A stretch of 64,000 nt of DNA from Ophelia neglecta (Eukaryota): the NCBI GenBank assembly GCA_965285935.1, contig OZ260665.1, forward strand, positions 5,952,001 to 6,016,000, in the 5' to 3' direction. A program made the translations under genes and the position numbers. This document shows, piece after piece, positions 14,701 through 26,900 of this stretch (positions are counted from its first letter, which is position 1; each line of letters begins with the position of its first letter). Below the pieces are notes generated by a model that did no database searches, was not told the origin of the DNA, and saw only the letters and a list, made by a program, of their open reading frames with translations.

Positions 14701-17700
14701 ACCCTGCCTACAGACATAAGCCTTCTTTTACTTTACAGTTAAATTTATAATTGTCAGTCTGACATTTCACAAGGCGGAAGGTTGTAACCAGATAGTTATT
14801 GAATATAAGTAGTATATTGAATTAAATATGCACAAGCAGTTTCCCTCGGGTTAATGGTAGTAGTATGGCAAGGAACGCCATGTTTTGTTTATCTCCCTCA
14901 CCTTGAACTGTTAAGCACAGCTGGTCAGGAGAGAAAGGGAGGGTTTAATTTGGTGTGGGAATGGGAAAATGTTTACTGTTTACATGGTAACAACCAAAAG
15001 TGTTTCACGTCTCTTGAAGATAATTAATGCCCGAGAGAGATAGAGGCTATATATATATTGCACTTTCTTTTATCAAGTATATAATATACTTTTTGGGTTT
15101 TATATTGTTAAAATATTCCAAAACTCGTTGTTCTATGTCAGGGTATCTACCATGTACATATGAACATTTATCGACGATTATATGGTGTCGAATATTACTG
15201 TTGAGCAGATCGTGCCAAGAATAGCTAACCTTATATGTTTATCCCACTTTTATAATGTTACTTGAACGTCCGGTCAATGAAATGTCCAGTGTTTCATTTT
15301 GTAATACATGCGGTTTTGTGATATTTTCATCCACTCAGTTTTGTAAGTGAGCATTTGTTTTTAATAACACAGTTTGAAAATTGCGGCACTCGTTGATCAC
15401 TGTTATTTACTATAATCAACGCACAGCGCTTTACTACATATTTATAATTAGAGAACATTTAGGAGATATACATAAACATATATATACACTATTTATATTA
15501 TATTTTAACTGCTGTATACATATCATACGATAAAGCATGGTCTTGTCACGCAACACATTATTTCAAACTGTCTCGATCATTTATTTCCTCAGTTATTCTC
15601 TTACCGTATTGTCTTTCGTTTTCCATTGCCTATAAGTGTATATGTCATATTAGTCATAGGGTTGCAGCTTTGTCAATTTTGGGACGCTGGGGGGGGGGGG
15701 GGATTATGTATATAGTATTTACATTGGAAACGGAGCATGATTTAAATAATCAGTTCGTTTATTTTTAATTCAATCGTAATGCATCGTTATTTAAATTATA
15801 CATTTTTCAACGTATTTGTTAATGAGTTTAGTATGATCAACATTATTCATGTTTGTGTTGCATTTTCAATTTACATTTTACCCGTATCTTGTGGAGGACG
15901 TGTGAAATCCTGAATTGTGTTCAGTTATAGAATCGGGAATTGATATTTTGGTCCTTCATCTTAAGTTTATATTGTAATTTCGCACCGATATAATAAATTG
16001 TTCTTTCTGCCTAGTATCAACTCCTATATATTCATTTCATGGGCATGATCTGTATGTGCACCCGAAGCAATGTATTGATGTCCTCTTATGTTAAAAATGC
16101 TGCTTTAAAACCAACTATGAAGCTATTAGTACAACGAGCAAATGTAAAACTAGCTTATCAACGCCACTTCACCACCACCCACCACCCACTTCCTTTTTAT
16201 AGTCTCCTGTCCCATCATGAAGATAGGTCGGTATTTATTTTTCTCTTACTTTGATTCGTTTATATCTTCAACATTAAGACATTAATTCTTTTTGGCTGTT
16301 TCCTTTTTTATTATGTCATCACTGACACATATAATGTTCAACATAGGCTGTTCTATCCCCCGATATTTATATCGGTTTCAGGGCTGTACTATTGCATCAA
16401 CATGACCCTGATCGCCTTGTCGACCATGGTTTCTGCCATAGTGATCAACCTGTTAGAACACAAGAGGGGCCGTGTTCAGGTCCCGAGAGTTCTGATGAAG
16501 GTAAGATCACACTAAAACTGTCTTTATCTTGACTGTTCTTCTCTTTCAGGCATATATTACTGTATCAATATGATATTGATCGCGCTCTCCATCATACAGT
16601 CCGCTGTCGTGATCAACCTCTCCAAGCAAAAGGGACGGCTGTCTGTAGTACCCACTAATTTGATGAAGGTGAGGGCCTGGATGTCCGCATTGCTTTGTGG
16701 TTCTGGCCAGTTGCTACTACCCATAAATCATCAAATTGTTCCGAGAACTTTCGATCTTATGCTTATTTTTGAGGGAAATTCTTAGTGCTTATAGTGTGCA
16801 AATCCTATGTTGTTAAATCACGGTTGTTTTCAGAGCTTTGGTATTGGTTATGCAAAACTAAAAAAACAATGAAGTTAGGGGCTTTCGCGCGTTTTCGTAG
16901 CATTGATTACTTTTCTTTAAAACTAATATGAAGGAAAACCAATAGAAGCGGATATTCCGTTTCGAAGCTTTGTTTGTCACTTGAGCAGACTGCTCCTTAA
17001 CTCAACTTGAAAATAGAAGCAAGGGTGAATAGGTACGGGGGGGGGGGGGGGGGGCAGAGAAAGAACCACGAACAGGAGAACAAGAATAATATTGCTTGTC
17101 AACCAAACTGGATCACGATTGTAGAGAATGAGTAAACAAAACATTAAAACCATCAAGACAAAGGCTACGACATATTTCGTCTTGGCCATTTCTTTACTGC
17201 CATATGCCAGTTTTACTGCCAGCTTTACTGCCAGCTGCTGCATCAATTGTTTTGACATTTGCTGTGCCAACTGACTAGCCTGTGTCGGAGTCTACGTGCG
17301 TCAGTTACAGCTTACTTCTATTTAAAACCCCTTTGACCTATTGCGCAATACACGACCTAACTTACAAATATCAGCGAGAACTGATCGAACATTGTTGACA
17401 AAGCTATATTTAGTTGGAGGAAAATAAGCAATACCAGTTCGAATGCAAAATTAGTATTGTTAGAGACTTCTGAAGTTGTTCAGCTTTTATGAATGCGAGG
17501 TTCTGTAAATCATAGGCTAATTGCGAGTAATCTGTTGATTAGGCTGCCCTGATGTCATGCTAGTGAGAAAGCAGCATACACCAGGAACAAATATGCGTGT
17601 AAGGAAACATTAATGAAATAAACTCCTGCTCGCAATCTGATTGGCCTTAGCAGTTGAGTTCGGAATCTCTTTAATTGTCAGGACGTTAGGTGAATGGTTG

Positions 17701-18249
17701 CATTACTGGTATTGGGTGTTTAATTGACTCTGGTATATTTAATGATAATCCGCAAATATATTACTTTACAAGTAAAAGTCTTGGACAACTAACTGTTCTA
17801 ATGTGTCGCTTGGTAATATTTTTGTACCCCCCCCCCCCCACATACCACCCCAAGACCCTTCACCTTTTCTACCCGCTAGCTGAGAATAGTATGCACTTTG
17901 TTACTAAGCTTGTCAATATTTACATTTTGAATCATCGAAAACAATTCCATTAATTTAAGTTTAGAATAGAAAGTCCTCAATAGCATCAATACGTGTTTGC
18001 TATTTTCAGTTTCATCGGGCGACGTGTTGGCGTCTGTTCTTCCGAGTGCAGGGTATGATGGTTCAGACTAAGTACACCAAGGACGGTCACATCATGAAAC
18101 AGCCGACCAGCAACGGCGTGATCAAGCTGGATGACAGAGGGCGGGCTACAATCGAGTGGCGCGCCCTGGCGACAGGCCTTGACAGAATCTGCTTCCTCGT
18201 ATACATAGTGTGCTTCCTCTTAGCGATCGTTTTAGTATTCCCGAGGTGA
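5649..18249 (+). CDS. Nicotinic acetylcholine receptor alpha subunit (Cys-loop ligand-gated ion channel), ~440 aa
   Basis: join(5649-5761?,6007-6199,6381-6490,10327-10480,11271-11577,12321-12407,[16382-16500 or 16550-16668],18010-18249). All introns are GT-AG with matching phases. Motifs [36 protein letters not shown] and four TM helices. Confidence 0.93.
6007..6199 (+). CDS. nAChR exon 2 (N-terminal helix to loop D)
   Basis: ESRLIGFLL...[13 protein letters not shown]...[20 protein letters not shown]; ttacag acceptor and gtaagt donor. Confidence 0.9.
6381..6490 (+). CDS. nAChR exon 3 (loop A)
   Basis: 110 nt, [36 protein letters not shown]. Confidence 0.95.
7558..7726. mobile_element. MITE in nAChR intron
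   Basis: TIRs AGTAGTCCCAAATCCGGCA / TGCCTGATTTGGGACTGCT (17 of 19 complementary). Confidence 0.55.
10327..10480 (+). CDS. nAChR exon 4 (Cys-loop)
   Basis: ADEQYE...[32 protein letters not shown]; tttcag acceptor and gtgagt donor. Confidence 0.95.
11271..11577 (+). CDS. nAChR exon 5 (loops B and C, TM1)
   Basis: FGSWTYDG...[14 protein letters not shown]...[33 protein letters not shown]. Confidence 0.95.
12321..12407 (+). CDS. nAChR exon 6 (TM2)
   Basis: 87 nt, [29 protein letters not shown]; ttgcag acceptor and gtaact donor. Confidence 0.93.
12970..13445 (-). mobile_element. Gypsy-type 3' LTR with upstream polypurine tract
   Basis: On the - strand a G/A-rich PPT (13431-13445) is followed by TGTAAC (LTR start 13430). 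AATAAA at 13034-13039 and a ...TTTACA end at 12970 (alternative end TGTTACA at 13152). Internal ~117-bp duplication at 13163-13390. Confidence 0.55.
13458..14790 (+). mobile_element. Gypsy/Ty3 retrotransposon integrase remnant with PPT and start of 3' LTR
   Basis: [13 protein letters not shown]...WVKKCD (HHCC region), [15 protein letters not shown] and [15 protein letters not shown] (D, D, E). Frameshift near 14130. Purine tract then TGTAAC at 14783. Confidence 0.85.
16382..16500 (+). CDS. nAChR exon 7a (TM3), mutually exclusive candidate
   Basis: 119 nt, [40 protein letters not shown]; tttcag acceptor and gtaaga donor. Confidence 0.9.
16550..16668 (+). CDS. nAChR exon 7b (TM3), mutually exclusive candidate
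   Basis: 119 nt, [40 protein letters not shown]; ctttcag acceptor and gtgagg donor. Confidence 0.9.
18010..18249 (+). CDS. nAChR terminal exon (MA helix, TM4)
   Basis: ...[31 protein letters not shown]; phase-0 acceptor ttttcag. Candidate AATAAA signals at ~19099 and 19262. Confidence 0.92.
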   Translation, partial: FHRATCWRLFFRVQGMMVQTKYTKDGHIMKQPTSNGVIKLDDRGRATIEWRALATGLDRICFLVYIVCFLLAIVLVFPR

Positions 18250-21200
18250 CTCGGCGTTATTCTGTTGTATATTCGACCATGGGGAATGATGATGGCAGGG
18301 ATGCTATAGCCTTCTTCACAGACACGGTTATTCAATGCCTTAACAGAGGAAGTAACGAAAGTGTTGCATATCAGTTTTATTTTCTCTGTTGTTGCAGGGC
18401 ATACTTTCATATACTTCTTTCCTATTAAAATGTACGCTATCCTTTCAGAGGTTCTTTTTAAGAAACCAATTAAATGAAGAACCTTGTATATATTATTGAT
18501 TAAAATGGGTAAGTATCATGGCCAAGTTATCAGACTGGCACGAGAAGCACCATCTACGATATCGGCCATATGTTTAAGAAGGAAATACATTTCTTTCGAA
18601 TGAGCTGTTTTACCTTGAGGTCACGTTCATGGCATTGGGGGGTTTAAAAGAAATATATCGCAACAGGGTGTATCTGTCAGATTCCAGTATATCAGCCTCA
18701 TCAAATCATACCGTAACCCTAATGACGTATTGTTTTTGCCTTATAATTATGAACAGCATAACAGCTATTTTGCTCATGTATTGAAAACATATTCTTTGCT
18801 ACATAGAGTACTCGTTTATGTAAAGACATTAAACTTCTGCGTTAAAATTTCATTGCTCGTACTCACATCCTGTCGTATTGATATGTGCGTAATCATCAGG
18901 TGTATGCTAAAAACCTATAACTCGCGCTGATGTTAATAGGTTTTGGGCAATTTACCTTTTTTATATAGTGCGTCACATTTCTTTTTTTATCGAGCCAATT
19001 TTATAAACAAAAAGCATACGGCATATTGGCCACTGTGTACTAGAAAGCTATATTAAAAATAGTGAACTGGTGACTTTTCTATTTTTAAAGTTTTGTATAA
19101 ATAAATTGTGTTTAGTGTTGTTCTCGGTACCGCAGTAATACTCGGCTAATGGCATACGTCACCAATTATATATAGCCAAACCAAGCACTTTCTATCAAGA
19201 CAGTGTTGACTATCAGCTCACATTGCCTGTACATGTTTTTTTTTGTCATTCTCTGTGTTAGAATAAAGTGCCCGGCCACATTGTTATGCTTAACACTTGC
19301 GCTTGTCTGCAATAAGGTTCTCTTCACTATCAGTCACTTTGGCATAAATACCCTCTACCTTTCCATTGACTGACAATAAAAGCTGTAAACAATTCGACTT
19401 AGTACACGACGAGTGCAAAAATAATGCATTTGCCTTGTGTGATTTTGTCATCAACAAATGTAAGTTTAACGTCGAAGGGCATGGCAAAAAACGTCTTCGT
19501 TGTTTTGGCTTCTTAACGTGACATTATTTTCCTTATCACTAGGCTGATCAATAATTGCAATCCTTAATCGCAAGTGAAAGTGTATTCCGCTTTTTGTAGT
19601 ATGTAAATGTTAGAATTGTTTGTTTATACAACAGATGCGATAAACATGTGTAGTTGCGCCGGCCCTCATATGTAAAAGCATTTTTACCCTAAACGTGGTT
19701 TTAGATTAGGAAATATTTATTTCCGACAAGTGTTCAACAAATTAAAGATTTTTTTCACTTCGGAAGAACGATTGTGCCGTTGCAGCAATTCATCAATTAG
19801 TGGAAATCTGATTTTCCTTCAAACTCAAATGCAATTTTCATTTTTGTTTGTTTGAATACCGGAGTACTATAACAGTAGACTTTTGTGAATCTGGTTGACG
19901 AGTTCTCCTAACAAATAGTGCAAAATGTACAGAACAGTGATTCATTGTGTAATAAATTTTTATAAAAGTCATGTATTCATTGCCTTTCGTCCAATATGGA
20001 AAGTGTTTATGTCCTTGATTAAGTGTTGGAAAAGTTAATTGCACGCACAGAAATATCCCAGTAAATTGAGAGGCCGTGTTCATTAGTAGGCGGTGAATGT
20101 GAATCGATCAGTCATGCTTTATTTGACCTATTCTAGTTTCAATTAAGTTTGCTGATTGATTTTTTACATGTTTTAAAACAATTCATTGGTATAATGTTGT
20201 TTAAAAGGTCTAACCACCTTATTTAAATATATCAGATTACTATGTTGTGAACGAATTTTAAATACTCTTTTTCTTCCTTATATTTCAAAAAAAAACTAAA
20301 TGTCGAAAACAAGAATCCAATTTTAAAATAGGAAATGAATGGTAGAACTTCTAGGACTTCTCATAAAAAAAACTCCATATTTCTTGTGGCTAATTGAGCA
20401 CAAACTTTTAAACTTACACCGTTATTAGAAAATGTAGGGTTGATAAATATTAAATACCATATTTGATATTATATAATCAGGAATTCAATTGTGCTCGGAT
20501 TATGGAAACGGTCTTACTTTTTGGGATGAGACCAGCCTTATTAATACCGATATGCATAGACCGTGTTAATGGATGTTTTCATTGACCAGGGATGAGTTTA
20601 ATACCAAAATGGCTTGATTTGGTACCAAACCCAGCTACCAGAATCCCGACTGACAAGTTTAGACTGATTCATCACTATCCTTCCCGATTTTAATCCAATA
20701 AAGAGTTATGCCCGCGCAGACAAACCGGTCCCATATAAGACATTTGAGCTACAATCGAGCTAGCTTAACTGTTCTTTTTCCCCATGGTACATGTTTAAAG
20801 GAATATTTAGGATTATGTAGACCTAGATACTAAAAAACTGTGTCGCCTTTGGTAAAGACATAGATTACAGTTTTCATAATGTTCCTGTGGGGACCCTTAC
20901 TGTCTGCAAACCAAGGTATTTCTGGCCCGCTTATAATATAGATTAAGGCGATATCACGATAATTGCCGCTTGATGATTGGGTTGCTTGTTGTCACACAAC
21001 ATCGTAGATGTAAGGTAGGTGTTAATTTATTTGTTTCTTTTGCGGTCGGAAAATACCGGCAATGTAAAGAGTTTAACTGTCTTCAGCGAGACACATAAGG
21101 GCTACTCATCTGACTTAACTGGGAGTGAAAACGAAGGAAAATTGGATTCCTCGAACTGTTTATTCTGCTACTGCAAGTGAAAATATCGAGTTATTGTCTT

Positions 21201-21829
21201 AACTACTTTTCAGCCGAATGGAGAAGAATCTACCTCAGGTTTTCTGCAGATTTCCAGAAACCTGTTTTTTTTTGCGTAGAGGTATAAACCCCTTTTCTTG
21301 ATTTAGATTGTTAAATATATTAAAGAAACTTGCTGAGCAGCTTTCCATATCACATCAAGTATGTGTATTCGTAAAAAGAGACGGTGATCAAGTGAGCCCG
21401 TTTTGTAATATCATTCTTCAGATTAAGGAAAACATAAACCTATTATCGATCAGCTGCGAACTTGGTTTTCCTTTCACCAGAATTAAGTTTAGGCCAACAT
21501 TGCCAGGTTGAAGAACAAATCTGTGTTTATGTGATATTTGTTGATTTTTATATGTATATTGGACATCAGAGTCCCCAATATGAGCGTTTTTGGTGCAGAA
21601 AAGAAAATGTGACCAGGTCTTCCGTGTCATATAATACCAAACAAACGAATGGTTATGCGTATGGACTATAGCCCAAATTATTAGACAACTACACAGGTCG
21701 TTAACTGGATAAGCAATTGCTTAGTGAAAAACTTCGGCCAATCAGTGTTCATATTGCTAAGCACAGCTCATTGCTGATCATGATTTTTTTTACGTTTTAC
21801 ATTCTCTTTGCATATGTAAGTGCAGTGGG

Positions 21830-22558
21830 ACTGGGCCTTTACATTATAGTGTGTGACCTGCCCATATGTACAGGTCCGCGGTACACATATCATTGTGGAC
21901 AATTAATCCATGGTACATTGGTCAACGGTCAACGATAGTGCACTATTACCTTGGGTGAGAAAGTGTGATTCCCATGAAGAAATTGACAGCAGTGCCAGAG
22001 TACGCTTCTAAATCTGATCAGAATGATTATTAGGAAGACGCTCGAAAATTTCAGATAAAAAATGAACTGAGTGGATTAAATTGAGTAGGCCCAAGATGTG
22101 AAGCAAGTTTAACGATTCCAGCAATTTTCAAAATCGAGACAACAAATTCAAGAGCATTACGCAAACGCACAACGCCAGCCTGAATTTAACATGCATCCCT
22201 TTGAGCGCTGCGCTAGGCGAAACAGGAAAACAACGAAATCTTGGCACTTCATTCATACTGGAAACCTATGGAACTAAGTTTGTTTTGGACACAGCATTTT
22301 AGTACACTACTTTATGAGCAACACAACGAAAGTCAGGTCTATGATAATACATTTGAATCTAAAATAAATGAGGTAGTTCATGGGCATAATGATCTAGACT
22401 TAATAGATGAGCCAATTAGCTTCGAAGAATTAGATACCGCCATAAATCTTCCAATTAGCAAAGCGACCGGTAGGGATAAGGTATGTTATGAGCATTTGAA
22501 ATATTCCAGTTTGTTTTGTAGAGTTCAATTGTGCTCCTTATTTTTAGTCACTATCTAG
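21830..22558 (+). mobile_element. Degenerate LINE (CR1/L2-like) ORF2 remnant
   Basis: CTGPRYTY (endonuclease C-terminal like) and ISFEELDTAINLPISKATGRDKVCYEHLKY (pre-RT KAxGxD motif); stops and frameshifts. Confidence 0.6.
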
Positions 22559-23729
22559 ACTAGGCCTACCATCTCTAAAGTGCGTAGTGATGACAGCTGG
22601 ATGTAACCTACAGCGAAAACCTTTTCGGTTTTTTGTTAATCTAAATACTTCATTTGTCGTGATTCAGACTTACATACTTGTGGAAGATGAATATATACTT
22701 TTACAAGCCTCGTCTTTATCACAGGTGCCATTGCCAATACCTTGCCAGTGTCATTGCGACGCTCTTATATGGCATATTCTATGTTCAGGAATCGAGAAAA
22801 CACTGTATGTATTAAATTTAACTTTCATGTACAATTTGACAGTAAATCATCAACAATTTAGTGAGCTTTTCTTTTTATCTTTATGTGAAATTTATTAGTT
22901 GCCACTTTTCTAGACAACTTCCATCTTAACCTTTCAAAGAACCTTACATATTGCAAATATTGATAGCTGGGCTCTTTCAGTAAATCAAGTACGTTCTAAC
23001 CTACGATATTTGCCGTTGTGTGGGATGAGAAAGTAGTAGAGTACAGCTAATGCATATATGAAGGCCGAGAGCAGTAAGCCAGCTAAAGCCAGCTAAAGGT
23101 AACAGTTTGCTACCTAAAATTATGTCCGACTTTATGAAGAAAAGTACAAGAAAAGAATGCAGAGTCGAAACCCTACTTCATATAGTGGATCCTTGCTTTT
23201 TATTACAACATTGGTACATATGGTATTCATATAGTACAAAGTTAAGTTATATAATAATATGTCCTCAATATAGATGTTTAGGCTTAATAAGTCGGGTGAA
23301 CGAAAACAGATAATTTGATTTATTTACTCCTTTCCCAGTATGAAAAAAAAATTTAAAACAAGGTTATATTAATTAAGTTTTATTGTTGATTTTGTATTAC
23401 ACAATGTAGCAAATGCATTCCAATAAACTGTACGATTAATATATAAGATGCACCAATGTTTAATTTGGTAGTCGATGCAGTATTTTGGCACATCGCTTTG
23501 ATTAAAAGCCATTTACATAAGATTAGTTCCTCTATACTTAATTAAAATATAATTGAATAAATTAATACGTGTAAGTACGAAAAAGATTATGGAAGCTGAA
23601 AGCCTTGATTCCTTTTTAATTTTTCGACATGTAGTGTTGTTTAAAAAAATCATTAAAAACATTTTACAAAAATATAGATCGTCGTACACATGAATAATGT
23701 GTAACTAGTAAATTCAAGTACATTTTATT

Positions 23730-23959
23730 TTAGTATATAACTTTATTTAGGTAATTGGTCCGGAAATAAGTCCCCCCTTGATACACAGGGGAATTATAGG
23801 AAAAACTGGTTGTATCTGCGTCTGGGGTCTTATCCGAAGACGATTTGGCCCTGTTCATACAAATCCTAGTGATTATGATGATTAAAGCGATTACACCAAT
23901 CCCGCCTACAATACTCCCGACAATGATGTACACCAAAGAGTTGTTCGCTGTTTGAGCCA
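23730..23959 (-). CDS. EGF gene terminal exon: TM helix and short cytoplasmic tail
   Basis: [37 protein letters not shown]...FSYNSPVY...*; acceptor catcacag; AATAAA immediately after the stop. Confidence 0.85.
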
Positions 23960-26900
23960 CTGTGATGAAAAGTGAACAAGTCAGCCAAACATTAAAGGTT
24001 TTCAAATTATAAGAGTAATAACAATGACAAATCTGTTCATTCTTTAATACAATTGGGAAATAATACAAATTGTTGAATATTAATTGTTCACCTACAGCTT
24101 GAATCAATCCTTAGGGAATAAATGTACAACATTAATTAGTTAATCATACCTGTGCAGGTAAATCCGTTTCCAATGTACCCATCTCTACAGGCACACGTGT
24201 ATGAGCCTATAGTATTTGTGCACACAGCAAAGGAATCACAGTTGTTAACTCCGCTGCACTCATCTACATCCGGGGCTTAAAAGGTGATGAATTAGATTAA
24301 TTGAATGTGACCGGATAACCTTCTATACTTCGTTTTTAATGATAAACTGTTGTAAATATACATCCATAAACCAGTACATGTTAGCGATTATCGCAAAAGT
24401 CTGATGAAGATCTCGTGTATGCCACTTGCCCTCCTGAACAGATGGATTATGTATGAGAGTTCCCCTTTCTCACCCAACATATGAATTATGTATGCGAGTC
24501 CTAACGGCCGAGATCTATTATAAATAAGAGTTCTCCCTTTCGAACCCACAGATGTATTGTGTATCTGTGTATCTGGGATTCCCCCCTTCCTAACCCCACA
24601 GTTTATAGATTGCCTTATCCAACCCTATCATTGATCGATATGATATATTATGTGATTTCCATATCTAACCCTACATATTTATTGATGTTTTATGTGTGCC
24701 ATTTCCATTATACCCCCTTCAGTTTATAGATGTGTTGTGTTCGTGATTTCCCTGTCTAACCCTAGGGTTTATACGTGTGGTATGTACGAAATTTCCCTAT
24801 CTAATCCTATATTTTAACAGGTTACATGTGAAATTATGCTATCTAACTCTATAGTTTATAGATGTGTTACATGTTAGATTATGCTTTCTTACTCTATAGT
24901 TTAATGATGTGTTACGTATGAGATTTCCCTATCTAACCTTACTTTTTAGGATATGTTAAGCAGCCCCCAAAGACGAGATTTCAAGTCGAATACACACAGT
25001 TGAATCTGATTTGCTAATGCTGCCTCCTCGTGAACATGATTTGGTATACAGTAAATGCATTGAATATATTACATTAATTACAATCTGTTTATTTGACAGT
25101 TCGTTCATATTGCACATCATGCTTCCGACATGATACTTCGTCGTTGGGCACTGTTAATGAAGAAATTGCCCTGGAACGTAGCGCTACATAGGAGCATTAC
25201 ATGCAAGATATTTTAACAAGCGGAAAATGTTTGCCAATTTTGCAATTATCGTGAAAAACTCCAACTTGCGAAGTTTTCCTTGTTTGCACTATATTTTCTA
25301 ACATTGTTGTGGTTCTCATAAAACACACGTTATTTTGTAATACAGAACACAGTTATCGTAGAGATTTATAACTTATTATTCATACCTGTACAGAAGAATC
25401 CATTTCCAGAGAATCCTGGTTTACAGGCACAAAGGTACGAGCCAACAGTATTTGTACACGCAGCGTTGACATCACAACTGTTAGCACCGCTGCATTCATT
25501 GATATCTGAAGCGAAATTGTCTCATAAATCCAATGGACACATATATCCATATATCCAAGGTACAAGTTGAAGAAATGAAGAGAAAAACTAAATAGAAATC
25601 ATTTCTCAGATTTATCCAAAGGGAAATCTAACATGCTTATCAGACCTGTACAAGTAGTCCCTGTTCCAGAGTAACCTGCATTACAGGTGCACGTGTATGG
25701 TCCTGGTGAAATGTATGTACAAGTGGCTTCCGTAGCACAGTTATTAACAGTCGTGCACGGACTGGCAGTTACTGCAAAAAAATGCAAACATGGTATTAAA
25801 ACAGGCCTGTGTTTCACTGAATTTTTAATAAAAATACGAACTTCTTGGCCTCAAACGAGCTAGCATGACGAAAACAAATGTTAATTTATCCTTTGAGGGT
25901 TTAGGATACTTGTGTAAATGTAACGGCTATGTACATTTTTTTACACTAAAGGACAATGCAAAGTGTTTTAACAAGTTCATGTTTTTCATATTTGCCTGAC
26001 CTGCGCATGCGATACCATCTCCCGTGAAGCCCGTGTTACATTTACAAGTGTAAGATCCTGCTATGTTCGTACAAGCGGCGTTCACATGACAGTTGTTTGA
26101 CCCACTGCATTCATTATAATCTGGAAAAAATGTTAAAAGCAGAGAAACTTAATATTAATCCACAACATATTAAAATGCAGTCTGCTAGTGCAGCTATACC
26201 GAAGGTCGCTATCGGATCTACATCAGTATTGCAATAATGTATTTTGCAAGTGAGTATTTATTATTACTTTGTTTCTACAGAAAGGAACCTCCAGCCAAAT
26301 GTCCTTTATCATTAAGCCCGGATTCCAAACAGAACATGATAATAGTAACGCAAATACAGATAACGACAAAATAAAAAGTTCTCAAGTTGCGGTGTATGGT
26401 GACACACGTTAGCATGATCCAAATATTGCTTCTTTCCGCTGTACCTGTTAAAGTGGCCATATCTAACAATATTGGGATCAAGATTATATACCAATTGCTC
26501 TACTATCAATTGGGAGGTTTTTGGCGTGTAGCAGAATGTGATTATATGATTGAGTATCTTATGATGTTTCTAGTTATCATGTTGCCTTGCTCCATCACGT
26601 GTATCTGGGTTATAAGTGCTGGTCAGATTGAATGGAAGTGGCGTAGCAACTTCTTTTGTAAAGCCGAATCCCAGCTCAAGCTTAATATGTTGGTCACTAA
26701 CAGACACGGTAACTGTATTATATTGCACGAAGGTAAGTAGGAATGATTTAACATAAAGACGTATATGCCATTCCACTGAATACCTTTCCAGAATTTTCCC
26801 TTTTTATACACTTATTGTTACTTTGTAGTATATCCCTTCTGTTAATTGAATTTCATCCACATAAATCATATAAAATTTATCATTATACTAAAAGGAAATA

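Noticed and set aside
23730-23745. Possible PDZ-binding C-terminus (KVIY)
   Set aside because: A terminal Tyr is a poor fit to the common classes, so there is no real support.
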